64,000 nucleotides of DNA from Stellaceae bacterium (GTDB lineage: Bacteria; Pseudomonadota; Alphaproteobacteria; ATCC43930; CGMCC-115725): positions 3,273 to 67,272 of the forward strand of contig DASUKH010000133.1 in assembly GCA_036278835.1 (NCBI GenBank), given 5' to 3'. The position numbers were made by a program, and so were the translations under genes. Below the pieces are notes generated by a model, which ran no database searches, was not told the origin of the DNA, and was given only the letters and a program-made list of their open reading frames with translations. This document shows, in pieces, positions 10,460 to 19,583 of this stretch (its first letter is position 1; each line of letters opens with the position of its first letter).

Positions 10460-10504
10460 CCGATGCGCCTTTGGCCGATGCGCCTATGGCCGATGCGCCT
10501 TTGG
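10460..10504. repeat. 15-bp tandem repeat x3 (CCGATGCGCCTTTGG / CCGATGCGCCTATGG / CCGATGCGCCTTTGG)
   Basis: Read directly from the sequence. Lies in the 613-bp divergent region upstream of the PKS gene. Confidence 0.9.
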
Positions 10505-10697
10505 CCGGGGCGGCCGCACGCAAGCGGCTTCCCGCAGGGCGGGGCGCGTAGGCTGACGGCATTGCCGGGCGGCTTCTACGCGGCCTTTGAGACGATGCCC
10601 AAAGCTGGTTTTTGCCACCGCCTGTGTGTAAGGAAGGGGCGTCCGGACTCGACCGGTCCCGTCCGACTGCCCAGCGGATCGACCCTGCGCCAGCGCG

Positions 10698-13600
10698 ATG
10701 ACTGACGGCTCGATAGCGATCATCGGCGCGGCTTGCCGATTTCCCGGCGCGGCCGGTATCGATGCGTTCTGGGACCTGTTGCGCTCGGGCACCGACGCGA
10801 TCTCCGAGGTCGACGCGCAGCGCTGGTCGACCCGGCTTTACTTTCACCCGCGGCACGGCGAGCCGGCCAAGAGCTATACATGGTCGGCCGGCCTGATCGG
10901 CGATGTCGATCGGTTCGAGCCGGCATTTTTCGGCATCTCGCCGCGCGAAGCGGTGCAGATGGACCCGCAGCAGCGGATCCTGCTCGAACTCGCCTGGCAC
11001 GCCGCCGAGGATGCCGGGATCCCGCCGAGCCGGCTGGCCGGCAGCACGACCGGGGTCTATATCGGCGCCTCCTCCACCGATTACCGCGATCTGCGCCTGG
11101 GCGATTGGGCCAGCAGCGACGCCAACTCGATGACCGGCGGCACGCTCAGCATCCTCGCCAACCGCATTTCCTACGTATTCGACCTGCGCGGGCCGAGCTT
11201 TACCGTCGATACCGCGTGCTCGTCGTCGCTGGTGGCACTGCACCAGGCCTGCGAGGCGCTGCGCGACGGCCGGATCGCGACGGCGATCGTCGGCGGCATC
11301 AATCTGTTGCTGGCGCCGTACCCGTTTCTCGGCTTCTGCCGCGCCGGGATGCTGTCCGCGCGCGGCCGCTGCTTCGCCTTCGACGAGCGCGCCGACGGCT
11401 ATGTGCGCGGCGAAGGCGGCGGCGCGGTGATCCTGAAGCCGCTGAAACAGGCGCTGGCCGATGGCGATCGTGTCCGCGCCGTCATTCTCGCGACCGGCGT
11501 CAATTCCGACGGGCGCACGGTCGGCCTGTCACTGCCGAGCGAACGGGCGCAGGCGGCGCTGCTCCGCACGGTCTGCGCCGAAGCCGGCATCGCCCCCGAC
11601 GATCTCGCCTTCTTCGAGATGCACGGGACCGGCACGCCGGCCGGCGACCCGATCGAGGCCGCCGCGGTCGGGCAGGCACTCGGGCAGGCGCGCCGCGACA
11701 AGCTGCCGATCGGCTCGGTCAAGAGCAATATCGGGCATCTCGAGCCGGCTTCCGCGATGGCCGGATTGATCAAGGCGATGCTGGCCCTCGAAAACGGCCT
11801 CGTGCCGCCAACCCTGCATTGCCAGACACCGAACCCGAAAATCCCGTTCGACGATCTCAACCTGCGCCTGCTCCATGCCGCCGAACCGATCGAGGCGGGC
11901 GACTGCGCCGGGGTCAACTCGTTCGGGTTCGGCGGCACCAACGGCCACGCGATCCTGCGGGCGCCGCCGCCCGCGCCGGCCGAACCGACCGCGGCAGTCG
12001 AGGCCGGCACGCTGCCGCCGCTGATCGTGTCCGCGCGCACCGAAGCCTCGCTGCGGGACCTGGCGGAAGGCTGGCGCGACACGCTCACCGAGGCGCCGCC
12101 GGGGCGCGTCGCTGCGCTGCTGCGGGCCGCCGCCCGGCGCCGCGATCGGCACCCCGAGCGCTTGGTCGCGCTCGGCGGCAGCCCGGCCGAGATTGCGTCT
12201 GCGCTCGCCGATTTTACCGACGGCGTCGACAACCCGCGGATCGTTGCCGGCACCGCCGCGCGCGACCCAAAGCTCGCCTTCGTCTTCGCCGGCAACGGTG
12301 CGCAATGGCCGGGGATGGGGCGCGCCGCATTTGCCGCCAGCCGGGAGTTCCGTGCCGCCGTCGCCGAGGCGGATGCGGCGCTCTTTCCGGGGCTCGGCTG
12401 GTCGGTCGCCGAGGCGCTCGCCGAGGGTGTCGCGCCCGAGCGGCTGGCGCGCGCCGACGTCGCGCAACCGATGCTGTTCGTTGCACAAATCGGCATCGTC
12501 GCGGCATTGCGGCAACGGGGGATCGAGGCCGCCGGGCATATCGGTCACAGCGTCGGCGAGATCGCCGCCGCCTGGGCCGCCGGCGCCCTGTCGCTCACCG
12601 AAGCCGCACAGGTCGTCACGGCGCGCAGCCGTCAGCAGGAGCGGACCCGCGGCCAGGGCGGGATGGCGGCGCTGGCCGTGAGCGGCGAGGCGGCCTGCGA
12701 GCTGATCGCCGAGACGGGACTGCCGCTCGAGGTGGGGGCGATCAACGCCGCCCACTCGGTCACCCTGTCCGGTCCCAGCGAAGCAATCGAGCTTCTCGGC
12801 GTCGAGGCGCGCCGGCGCGGCCTGGCGTTCCGCCGCCTCGATCTCGATTTTGCCTTCCATTCCGCGGCAATGGACCCGATCCGCGAGGATCTGCTGAGCG
12901 ACCTCGCCGGGCTGGCCTCGCAGGCGCCGCGGTCCCGGCTGCTGTCCGCCGTCACCGGCGGGGCGGTCGCCGCGGGCGATCTCGATGCCGATTACTGGTG
13001 GCGCAACATACGCAGCCCGGTGCGCTTCCGGGAGGGGATGGCGGCGCTCATCGCCGAAGGGTTCCGAATCTTTGTCGAAATCGGGCCGCACCCGGTGCTG
13101 CAATCCTACATGCACGACGCGTTGCGGCATGTGGAGGACCAGGGTCGCGTCCTGGCGAGCCTGAGCCGCAGGGATGATGGCGAGGATCCATTCCCGACAA
13201 TCGCCGCGCGCTGCCACGTGGCCGGATCGGATATCGCCGGCGCCGAACAGTTCGACGGGCCGGCCGATTTGTCGGGGCTGCCGCTTTACCCCTGGCAGCG
13301 CGAACGGTTCTGGTTCGAGCCGACGACAGAGGGGGACCATCCGTCGGCGGCCCCGTTCGATCATCCGCTGCTCGGTTTCCGCCAGGAGCGGGCGGCGGTG
13401 CCCACCTGGAACAACCAACTCGATCCGGCGGTGCTGCCCTGGCTCGCCGACCACGCACTCGAGGGGATGCCGCTATTGCCGGCCGCGGCGGCCGTCGAGA
13501 TGGCGCTGGCGGCGGCGCGGCTGCGCCGGCCGCAGGCGCGCGCGCTTGAGATCGCGGATGTCGAACTGCGCCGGCCGCTGCCGTTCGACAGCGAGCGGCT

Positions 13601-16600
13601 GCGCGAACTTCGCCTGACGGTCCTCGGCGAGGACGGCGATTTCGAACTGAGCAGCCGGGTGCGGCTGGCCGACGAGCCGCTGACCTTGCATGCCGTCGGA
13701 CGCCTCGTCACTGCCGGCGACAGCGGCGCGCCGCCGCCCTTCGCGGCGCCCGGAGCCGTGGACGCGGAGGTCGAGGGCGAGGAGCTGTACCGCCTCGCCG
13801 CCCGCCTCGGGCTGGAATACGGTCCGCGCTTCCGGACAGTGCGCCGCATCGGGCTGCTCGGACCGCAGGAAGCGGTGGCCGAACTCGACCCCGCGGCGAT
13901 CGGCGAACCGCTCGATTCCTATGTGATCCATCCGGCGCTGCTCGACGGCGCGCTGCAGGCCCTTCTGGCGCTGATCGCAGCGCGCAAGTCCGACCTCGAC
14001 GACGGGATCACGTTTCTGCCGTGGCGCTTCGGGCGGGCCCGCGCGATCGCCCCGTACGGGCGTGCGGTGCACCGCGTCCGGCTGCTGATGACCCGGGTCG
14101 GCAACCGCTCGGCGACCGCCGATCTCGCCCTCTACGATGCCGAGGGGCGCATTGTCGGTACGTTTTCCGATTGCTCCTTCCGCCGCGTCGAGCTGGCGCG
14201 ACGCGGTGCGGTCGAGGACAGCGTCCTGCGGATCGAAACGGTCCCGGCGCCGCTCTCCGAGGAGCCGGCGCCTTGTGTGCTGCACCGGATCGGACGAATC
14301 GTCGCCGATCGGGTCGCCAGCGCCGCGGCCGATAGCGAGGGCGGCGAGAACGCCCTATTGCTTGACGGCCTGATCGCGTCGATCGCGCGTCGAGCGGTCC
14401 TCGCCGTCGTCGATCGGGCGGTGCCGTTCACGCTCGCCGAGATCGTCGCGAGCGGTGCGATCGCGCCGGAATCGCTTGGGCTGTTGCAGTCCCTGCTCAG
14501 ACAATTGGAGCGCTTTGGCGCCGCTTCGCACGAGGCGGGTAGCTGGCGCATGACCGCGGGCGACGATCTCCCCGACACCGAGGAAGTCTGGCGATTGCTG
14601 CTCGCCGACTCGCCTGAATTGGCAGCCGAACTCGCGCTGACGGCAACGGCCGCGGAAGAGCTGCCGCGGCTTCTCGCCGAAGGCCCCGACCGGGCCAAGA
14701 CCGCGCCGCCCTCGATGCAGGAACACCTGCTTTACGCGTCCCCGGTCGGTGCGGCCGGGGTCGCTTTGGTCTGCGACGTGCTCGGCGAGATTGCCGCAGG
14801 CTGGCCAGCCGGCCGCAAGCTACGGGTCTTGGAACTCGGCGCCGACGGCGGTGCGACGCGGCGGATCATCGACCGCCTGGCGCAATCGGGCGCGGTATTC
14901 CGTTATCGGGCGACGAGCACCGACCCGGAGCAGGCGGCCCGGCTTGCATCGAGCTTGTCCGGGGTCGCCGATGCCGGCGCCAGCTGCTGGCCGCTGCCAG
15001 ACGACGGCGGCGACGATGGCGACAACCGATTTGATGTTGTCGTCTCGATCTTCGCCGGGACCAGGTTGCCGGCCGATGCCGACATGCTGGCGCGGGTGCG
15101 CGAGCTGCAGGCGCCCGGCGGCGTCGTGCTGACGCTGGAAGCGGAGCCGAACCCGCTCTGGACCCTGGTCTTCGGCGGCGATGATGAGGCCGCGGCGGCT
15201 TTGCGTTCGGCGGAAGCCTGGCGCCGCGAACTCGCGATCGCCGGATTTGCCGAAACCGGCACGGCGCCCCTGACCGGCGGGGCGTGGCCCGCCGCGCTCG
15301 TCTGGGGTCGCACCGATCCGGCGCCGGAACCGGCGATGCCGCGCCCGGGGACGGCGCGGGCGCTGATGCTGCTGCGGACCGGCGACGACTCGGCTTTGGC
15401 CGACGAACTGACGCGAGCCGGGCACCGGGTCGGCATTATCACGCCCGCCGATTTCGCAGCGGCCGTGGCGGATGCGACCGCGGCCAAGGTCGCACTGTTC
15501 GTCGCCGATGATTTGGGCGACACGGAAGCAGGCGGGCTGGTCGAGGAGACGGCGGAGCTGACCGCGCTATTCGGGCGTGTCGCCGACGCCGCGGCGCAGC
15601 GCGAGATCCCGCTATGGCTAGTGACCGCCGGGGCGCAGCAGGCGGCGAACGCGGGTCCTGGCGGGCTGCGCGGCGCCGCCTTGTGGGGTTTCGCGCGGGT
15701 GCTCGCCAACGAAATCCCGCATCTTTCGGTGCGCCTCATCGATCTCGACCCCGAGGCGGGCCAGGCCGCCTGGGCGCGCTGCATCGATGCCGAACTGAGG
15801 GCGCCCGGCCCCGGTATCGAGCCCGATACCGAGATCGTGTGGAATTCGGCGGGCCGTCATGTGCTGCGTCTGCGCCGCGGGCTGCCGACGCGCTGGGCCG
15901 AGCCGCGCGATGCCGTCATCCTCGATCGCCCGCAATCGGGCGGGTTCGACGCGCTGGGCTGGCGCCCGGCCGAGCCGCGCCCGCCGGGGCCGGGCGAGGT
16001 GGCGATCGAGGTCGCCGCCGCTGGCCTCAATTTCCGCGACGTCATGTGGGCGATGGGGCTGGTGCCGGAAGAAGCGCTGATCGACGGCTTCACCGGCCCG
16101 ACCTTCGGCCTCGAATGCGCCGGGGTGGTCTCCGCGGTCGGGGCCGGCGTCGATCGCCTCGCGGTTGGCGACCGGGTCGCCGGGCTGGCGCCGGCAGCGC
16201 TTGCCTCGCGGGTCACCACGGCGGCGCATGCCGTCACCCGCATCGGACCCGAGACCAGCTTTGCCGCTGCGGCGACGGTCCCCGTCACCTTCCTGACCGC
16301 GATCTACGCCCTCGGCACCTTGGCGAAGGTGGCACCCGGCGAAACGGTCCTGATCCACGCCGCCGCCGGCGGGGTCGGGCTGGCGGCAATCCAGTATGCC
16401 AAGAGCTGCGGCGCTCTGGTGATCGCGACCGCCGGATCGCCGCTGAAACGCGCCTTTCTGAGGCTGGCGGGGGCCGACCACGTGCTCGACTCGCGCGATC
16501 TCGGGTTTGCCGATTCGGTGCGCGGCATCACCGGCGGCGCCGGAGTGGATATCGTCCTCAACTCGCTGAGCGGCGAGGCGATGGAGCAGAGCCTCGGCGT

Positions 16601-18137
16601 GTTGAAGCCGTTCGGCCGCTTCCTCGAACTCGGCAAGCGCGATTTTTACCTCAACCGCCGCATCCACCTGCGCCCGTTGCGGCAGAACATCTCGTATTTC
16701 GCGATCGATGTGGACCAGCTGCCGGCGGAGCGGCCGGAGCTTGCGCAGGCGCTGCTGGATGAGGTCGCAACGGCGTTGCGGGAGGGCGACATCCGGCCGC
16801 TGCCCCACCGCGTCTTCCCGTTCGCCGCGGCCGGCGATGCCTTCCGACTGATGCAGGCGTCCGGCCATCTCGGCAAGATCGTGCTGGTGCCGGACGACAA
16901 TGCCGGCGTGCGCCTGCGCCAAAAGCCGCAGATTGGGTTGCGCCGCGACGGCCTCTATCTCGTCACCGGCGGGATCGGCGGGTTCGGCTTCGCGGCGGCG
17001 CGCTGGCTGGCGCAGCACGGCGCCGGCTCGATCGCCCTTGTCGGCCGGCGCGGCAACGCCACGCCGGGAGCCGCCGATCGCCTGGCCGAACTCGCCGCGC
17101 TCGGCGCCGAAGTGCATATCTACGCCGCCGACGCGGCCGATCCGAACTCGCTCGAACCGGTGCTCGCGGAGATTCGCCGCACCGGACGGCCGTTGCGCGG
17201 GGTCGTGCATGCCGCGTCGACGATCGCCGACGGGATGGCAGCGGAACTCGACGCGGCGGGCATCGCCGCCGTGCTGCGCACCAAGCTCGGCGGCGCCATA
17301 ACGCTCGACCGGCTGACCGGCGAAGACCCGCTCGACCTGTTCCTCCTGTTCTCGTCGGCAACCACGCTGCTTGGCGCACCGGGACAAGGCGCTTATGTCG
17401 CAGCCAATCTCGCGCTGGAGGCCCTGGCCCGCCAGCGCCGCGCCCAGGGCCGGCCGGCCCTGGCGGTCGCCTGGGGGCCGATCGCGGATGCCGGATACCT
17501 CGCCGAGCGGTCGGACATGCGCGACGCGCTGGCGCGCCGTCTCGGGGCCCGGCCGATGCCGGCCGACCAGGCGCTCGCCGGCCTCGCCGCGATCATGGAT
17601 AGCGGGCTTGCCGTCGCCGCCTTCGCCGACACGAACTGGAACGAGGCGCGCCGCTTTCTGCCGATCCTGGCGACGCCGCTGTTTGCCGGGTTGCGCGCCG
17701 AATCGGGGGCGGCGCCCGGCGACGACACACTCGCCGAGCGGCTCGCCGGTCTCGATGCCGAGGGGGCGCTCGCGCTGCTGAAGACGGTCGTCTCGGAGGA
17801 AGCGGCACAAATCCTGCGCCTGCCGGCAGCGACGGTCGACGCGGCGCGGCCGCTCTCCGAATTAGGCATGGATTCGCTGATGGCGGTGGAACTGCGGCTC
17901 GCGCTCGAGAGCCGGCTGCGCATCGACCTGCCGCTGATGTCGCTGGCCGAAGGAACCAGTGTCGCCTCGATTGCCGCGCGGCTGGCCGGCTCCCTGTCGG
18001 CCCGGCCCGAGGCCAGCCGGGTCATCAGCATGCTCGAACGCTACGAGGAGGCCGCCGGAGCGCCGCCGGCCGAGGCAATGGCCGCCGTTGCCGGCCATCC
18101 GGCGCCGGCCCAAATCGATTCGGCAGCCGCGGGGTGA
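10698..18137 (+). CDS. type I polyketide synthase, fully reducing: KS-AT-DH-(methyltransferase-like)-ER-KR-ACP, no thioesterase (RkpA/WcbR-like)
   Basis: KS: DTACSSS, EMHGTGTPAGD, NIGHLE. AT: GHSVGE, AFHS. DH: HALEGMPLLP (HxxxGxxxxP). MT-like: LRVLELGADGG. ER: LIHAAAGGVGLAAIQ. KR: YLVTGGIGGFGFAAARWL. ACP: LGMDSLMAVEL. Single uninterrupted 2479-aa ORF. Confidence 0.93.
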   Translation: MTDGSIAIIGAACRFPGAAGIDAFWDLLRSGTDAISEVDAQRWSTRLYFHPRHGEPAKSYTWSAGLIGDVDRFEPAFFGISPREAVQMDPQQRILLELAWHAAEDAGIPPSRLAGSTTGVYIGASSTDYRDLRLGDWASSDANSMTGGTLSILANRISYVFDLRGPSFTVDTACSSSLVALHQACEALRDGRIATAIVGGINLLLAPYPFLGFCRAGMLSARGRCFAFDERADGYVRGEGGGAVILKPLKQALADGDRVRAVILATGVNSDGRTVGLSLPSERAQAALLRTVCAEAGIAPDDLAFFEMHGTGTPAGDPIEAAAVGQALGQARRDKLPIGSVKSNIGHLEPASAMAGLIKAMLALENGLVPPTLHCQTPNPKIPFDDLNLRLLHAAEPIEAGDCAGVNSFGFGGTNGHAILRAPPPAPAEPTAAVEAGTLPPLIVSARTEASLRDLAEGWRDTLTEAPPGRVAALLRAAARRRDRHPERLVALGGSPAEIASALADFTDGVDNPRIVAGTAARDPKLAFVFAGNGAQWPGMGRAAFAASREFRAAVAEADAALFPGLGWSVAEALAEGVAPERLARADVAQPMLFVAQIGIVAALRQRGIEAAGHIGHSVGEIAAAWAAGALSLTEAAQVVTARSRQQERTRGQGGMAALAVSGEAACELIAETGLPLEVGAINAAHSVTLSGPSEAIELLGVEARRRGLAFRRLDLDFAFHSAAMDPIREDLLSDLAGLASQAPRSRLLSAVTGGAVAAGDLDADYWWRNIRSPVRFREGMAALIAEGFRIFVEIGPHPVLQSYMHDALRHVEDQGRVLASLSRRDDGEDPFPTIAARCHVAGSDIAGAEQFDGPADLSGLPLYPWQRERFWFEPTTEGDHPSAAPFDHPLLGFRQERAAVPTWNNQLDPAVLPWLADHALEGMPLLPAAAAVEMALAAARLRRPQARALEIADVELRRPLPFDSERLRELRLTVLGEDGDFELSSRVRLADEPLTLHAVGRLVTAGDSGAPPPFAAPGAVDAEVEGEELYRLAARLGLEYGPRFRTVRRIGLLGPQEAVAELDPAAIGEPLDSYVIHPALLDGALQALLALIAARKSDLDDGITFLPWRFGRARAIAPYGRAVHRVRLLMTRVGNRSATADLALYDAEGRIVGTFSDCSFRRVELARRGAVEDSVLRIETVPAPLSEEPAPCVLHRIGRIVADRVASAAADSEGGENALLLDGLIASIARRAVLAVVDRAVPFTLAEIVASGAIAPESLGLLQSLLRQLERFGAASHEAGSWRMTAGDDLPDTEEVWRLLLADSPELAAELALTATAAEELPRLLAEGPDRAKTAPPSMQEHLLYASPVGAAGVALVCDVLGEIAAGWPAGRKLRVLELGADGGATRRIIDRLAQSGAVFRYRATSTDPEQAARLASSLSGVADAGASCWPLPDDGGDDGDNRFDVVVSIFAGTRLPADADMLARVRELQAPGGVVLTLEAEPNPLWTLVFGGDDEAAAALRSAEAWRRELAIAGFAETGTAPLTGGAWPAALVWGRTDPAPEPAMPRPGTARALMLLRTGDDSALADELTRAGHRVGIITPADFAAAVADATAAKVALFVADDLGDTEAGGLVEETAELTALFGRVADAAAQREIPLWLVTAGAQQAANAGPGGLRGAALWGFARVLANEIPHLSVRLIDLDPEAGQAAWARCIDAELRAPGPGIEPDTEIVWNSAGRHVLRLRRGLPTRWAEPRDAVILDRPQSGGFDALGWRPAEPRPPGPGEVAIEVAAAGLNFRDVMWAMGLVPEEALIDGFTGPTFGLECAGVVSAVGAGVDRLAVGDRVAGLAPAALASRVTTAAHAVTRIGPETSFAAAATVPVTFLTAIYALGTLAKVAPGETVLIHAAAGGVGLAAIQYAKSCGALVIATAGSPLKRAFLRLAGADHVLDSRDLGFADSVRGITGGAGVDIVLNSLSGEAMEQSLGVLKPFGRFLELGKRDFYLNRRIHLRPLRQNISYFAIDVDQLPAERPELAQALLDEVATALREGDIRPLPHRVFPFAAAGDAFRLMQASGHLGKIVLVPDDNAGVRLRQKPQIGLRRDGLYLVTGGIGGFGFAAARWLAQHGAGSIALVGRRGNATPGAADRLAELAALGAEVHIYAADAADPNSLEPVLAEIRRTGRPLRGVVHAASTIADGMAAELDAAGIAAVLRTKLGGAITLDRLTGEDPLDLFLLFSSATTLLGAPGQGAYVAANLALEALARQRRAQGRPALAVAWGPIADAGYLAERSDMRDALARRLGARPMPADQALAGLAAIMDSGLAVAAFADTNWNEARRFLPILATPLFAGLRAESGAAPGDDTLAERLAGLDAEGALALLKTVVSEEAAQILRLPAATVDAARPLSELGMDSLMAVELRLALESRLRIDLPLMSLAEGTSVASIAARLAGSLSARPEASRVISMLERYEEAAGAPPAEAMAAVAGHPAPAQIDSAAAG

Positions 18138-18140
18138 TCG

Positions 18141-19526
18141 GTGGCGGCCGGCCGCAACCTTCTCGGATTCTCCGCCGATGCCAAGGCGCGGCTTGTCAAA
18201 AAGCTGTCGGCCGCCGCGGCGGCGCGGATCGCCCCGGCCCCGGCGCGGCCGCCGGCGGGCGAAATCGGCGCCGGCCGGCTGGATGTGGCCCGGCTCGAGG
18301 CGCACCGCGAAATCCGCCTGATCGAGGCGGCCGCCGATTATCTCGATATCGCCGATCCGTTTTTTCGCATGCACGAGGGCATCGCCGATGCCGAGACAGA
18401 GATCGGCAATCGGCGCTACACCAATTTCGCCTCCTACAATTATCTCGGGCTGAACGGCGACCGGCGCATCGCGGCGGCGGCGATCGCGGCAATCGAGCGC
18501 TACGGCACGTCGGTGTCGGCCAGCCGCCCGGTCTCCGGCGAGCGCCCGCTGCACTGCAATCTCGAAGCCGCACTGGCCCGCGTGCACGGCGCCGAGGACG
18601 CCGTCGCCCTGGTCAGCGGCCACGCCACCAACGTCACCGTGATCGGGCACCTGCTCGGCCGCAACGACGTGATCGTGCACGATGCGCTGATCCACAACAG
18701 CGTCGTGCAAGGGGCGATGCTGTCCGGGGCGCGGCGGGTGCCGTTCCGCCATCTCGACCCCGAGGCGGCCGACCGGGTGCTGGCCGAGGCGCGGCCGCGC
18801 CACGGCAACGCCCTGCTCGTCATCGAAGGCCATTACAGCATGGACGGCGACGTGCCCGACCTCGCCGCCTTTGTCGCGGTGGCGCGGCGCCGCGGCGCTT
18901 GGCTGATGGTCGACGAGGCGCACGCGCTGGGGGTGTTGGGGCAGCGCGGGTTCGGCTCGGCCGAGCATGCGGGGATCGACCCGGCCGAAATCGATATCTG
19001 GATGGGGACGCTGAGCAAAAGCCTCGTTTCGTGCGGCGGCTACATCGCCGGCCGCAAAGACCTGATCGATTACCTGAAGCGCACGGCGCCAGGCTTCGTT
19101 TTTTCGGTCGGGTTGGCGCCGCCGGTCGCTGCCGCCGCGCTCGCCGCCGTCGAGATACTCGAAGCCGAGCCGGACCGGGTACGTCGGCTCAACGAGCGCG
19201 CCGCCCTGTTCCTCGAACTGGTGCGCGCCGGCGGGCTCGATGCCGGCGGCTCGGTCGGCGCGGCGATCGTGCCGGTCATCACCGGCAGCTCGATCGCCGC
19301 CGCACGCCTCGCGGAGGCGCTGTTCCGCCGCGGCCTCAACGTCCAGCCGATCCTCTATCCGGCGGTGCCGGAGCGCTCGGCCCGGCTGCGCTTCTTTCTG
19401 ACCGCAGGACACAGCGAGGATCAGATCCGCCGTGCGGCGGCGATCGTCATCGAGGAAGCCCGCGCCGTCGCCGCCGAATCGATCGACCTCGCCGCCCTGG
19501 CGCGCCACCTCGGACGGCTCGCTTAA
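18141..19526 (+). CDS. alpha-oxoamine synthase family PLP enzyme (8-amino-7-oxononanoate synthase-like; RkpG/WcbT-like)
   Basis: YNYLGL, HATNVTVIGHL, HYSMDGD, DEAHALG and GTLSKS (PLP lysine) motifs. GTG start 3 nt after the PKS stop. Confidence 0.88.
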   Translation: MAAGRNLLGFSADAKARLVKKLSAAAAARIAPAPARPPAGEIGAGRLDVARLEAHREIRLIEAAADYLDIADPFFRMHEGIADAETEIGNRRYTNFASYNYLGLNGDRRIAAAAIAAIERYGTSVSASRPVSGERPLHCNLEAALARVHGAEDAVALVSGHATNVTVIGHLLGRNDVIVHDALIHNSVVQGAMLSGARRVPFRHLDPEAADRVLAEARPRHGNALLVIEGHYSMDGDVPDLAAFVAVARRRGAWLMVDEAHALGVLGQRGFGSAEHAGIDPAEIDIWMGTLSKSLVSCGGYIAGRKDLIDYLKRTAPGFVFSVGLAPPVAAAALAAVEILEAEPDRVRRLNERAALFLELVRAGGLDAGGSVGAAIVPVITGSSIAAARLAEALFRRGLNVQPILYPAVPERSARLRFFLTAGHSEDQIRRAAAIVIEEARAVAAESIDLAALARHLGRLA

Positions 19527-19583
19527 CGGAGCCATTGCTCGGACCGCCGGCCTCCGGCCGGCGATCCGCATCGCTTCGCTTGT

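Noticed and set aside
10460-10504. Tandem repeats here and at 30141-30194 as possible CRISPR arrays.
   Set aside because: The units are directly adjacent with no spacers, there are only three copies of 15-18 bp, and no cas genes are present.
10733-13177. 814-aa ORF on the plus strand, and other very long ORFs overlapping the PKS in other frames or strands (11529..13454 -, 15618..17810 -, 15614..16762 +).
   Set aside because: These are shadow ORFs typical of high-GC DNA. Their translations are Arg/Pro/Gly/Ala-rich with no motifs, and they lie entirely inside a gene with strong domain evidence.
17862-19571. 569-aa minus-strand ORF opposite the AONS-like gene, and a 497-aa plus-strand alternative frame (18134..19627).
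   Set aside because: Same reasoning. The frame at 18141..19526 carries the PLP-enzyme motifs; the others are compositional artefacts.
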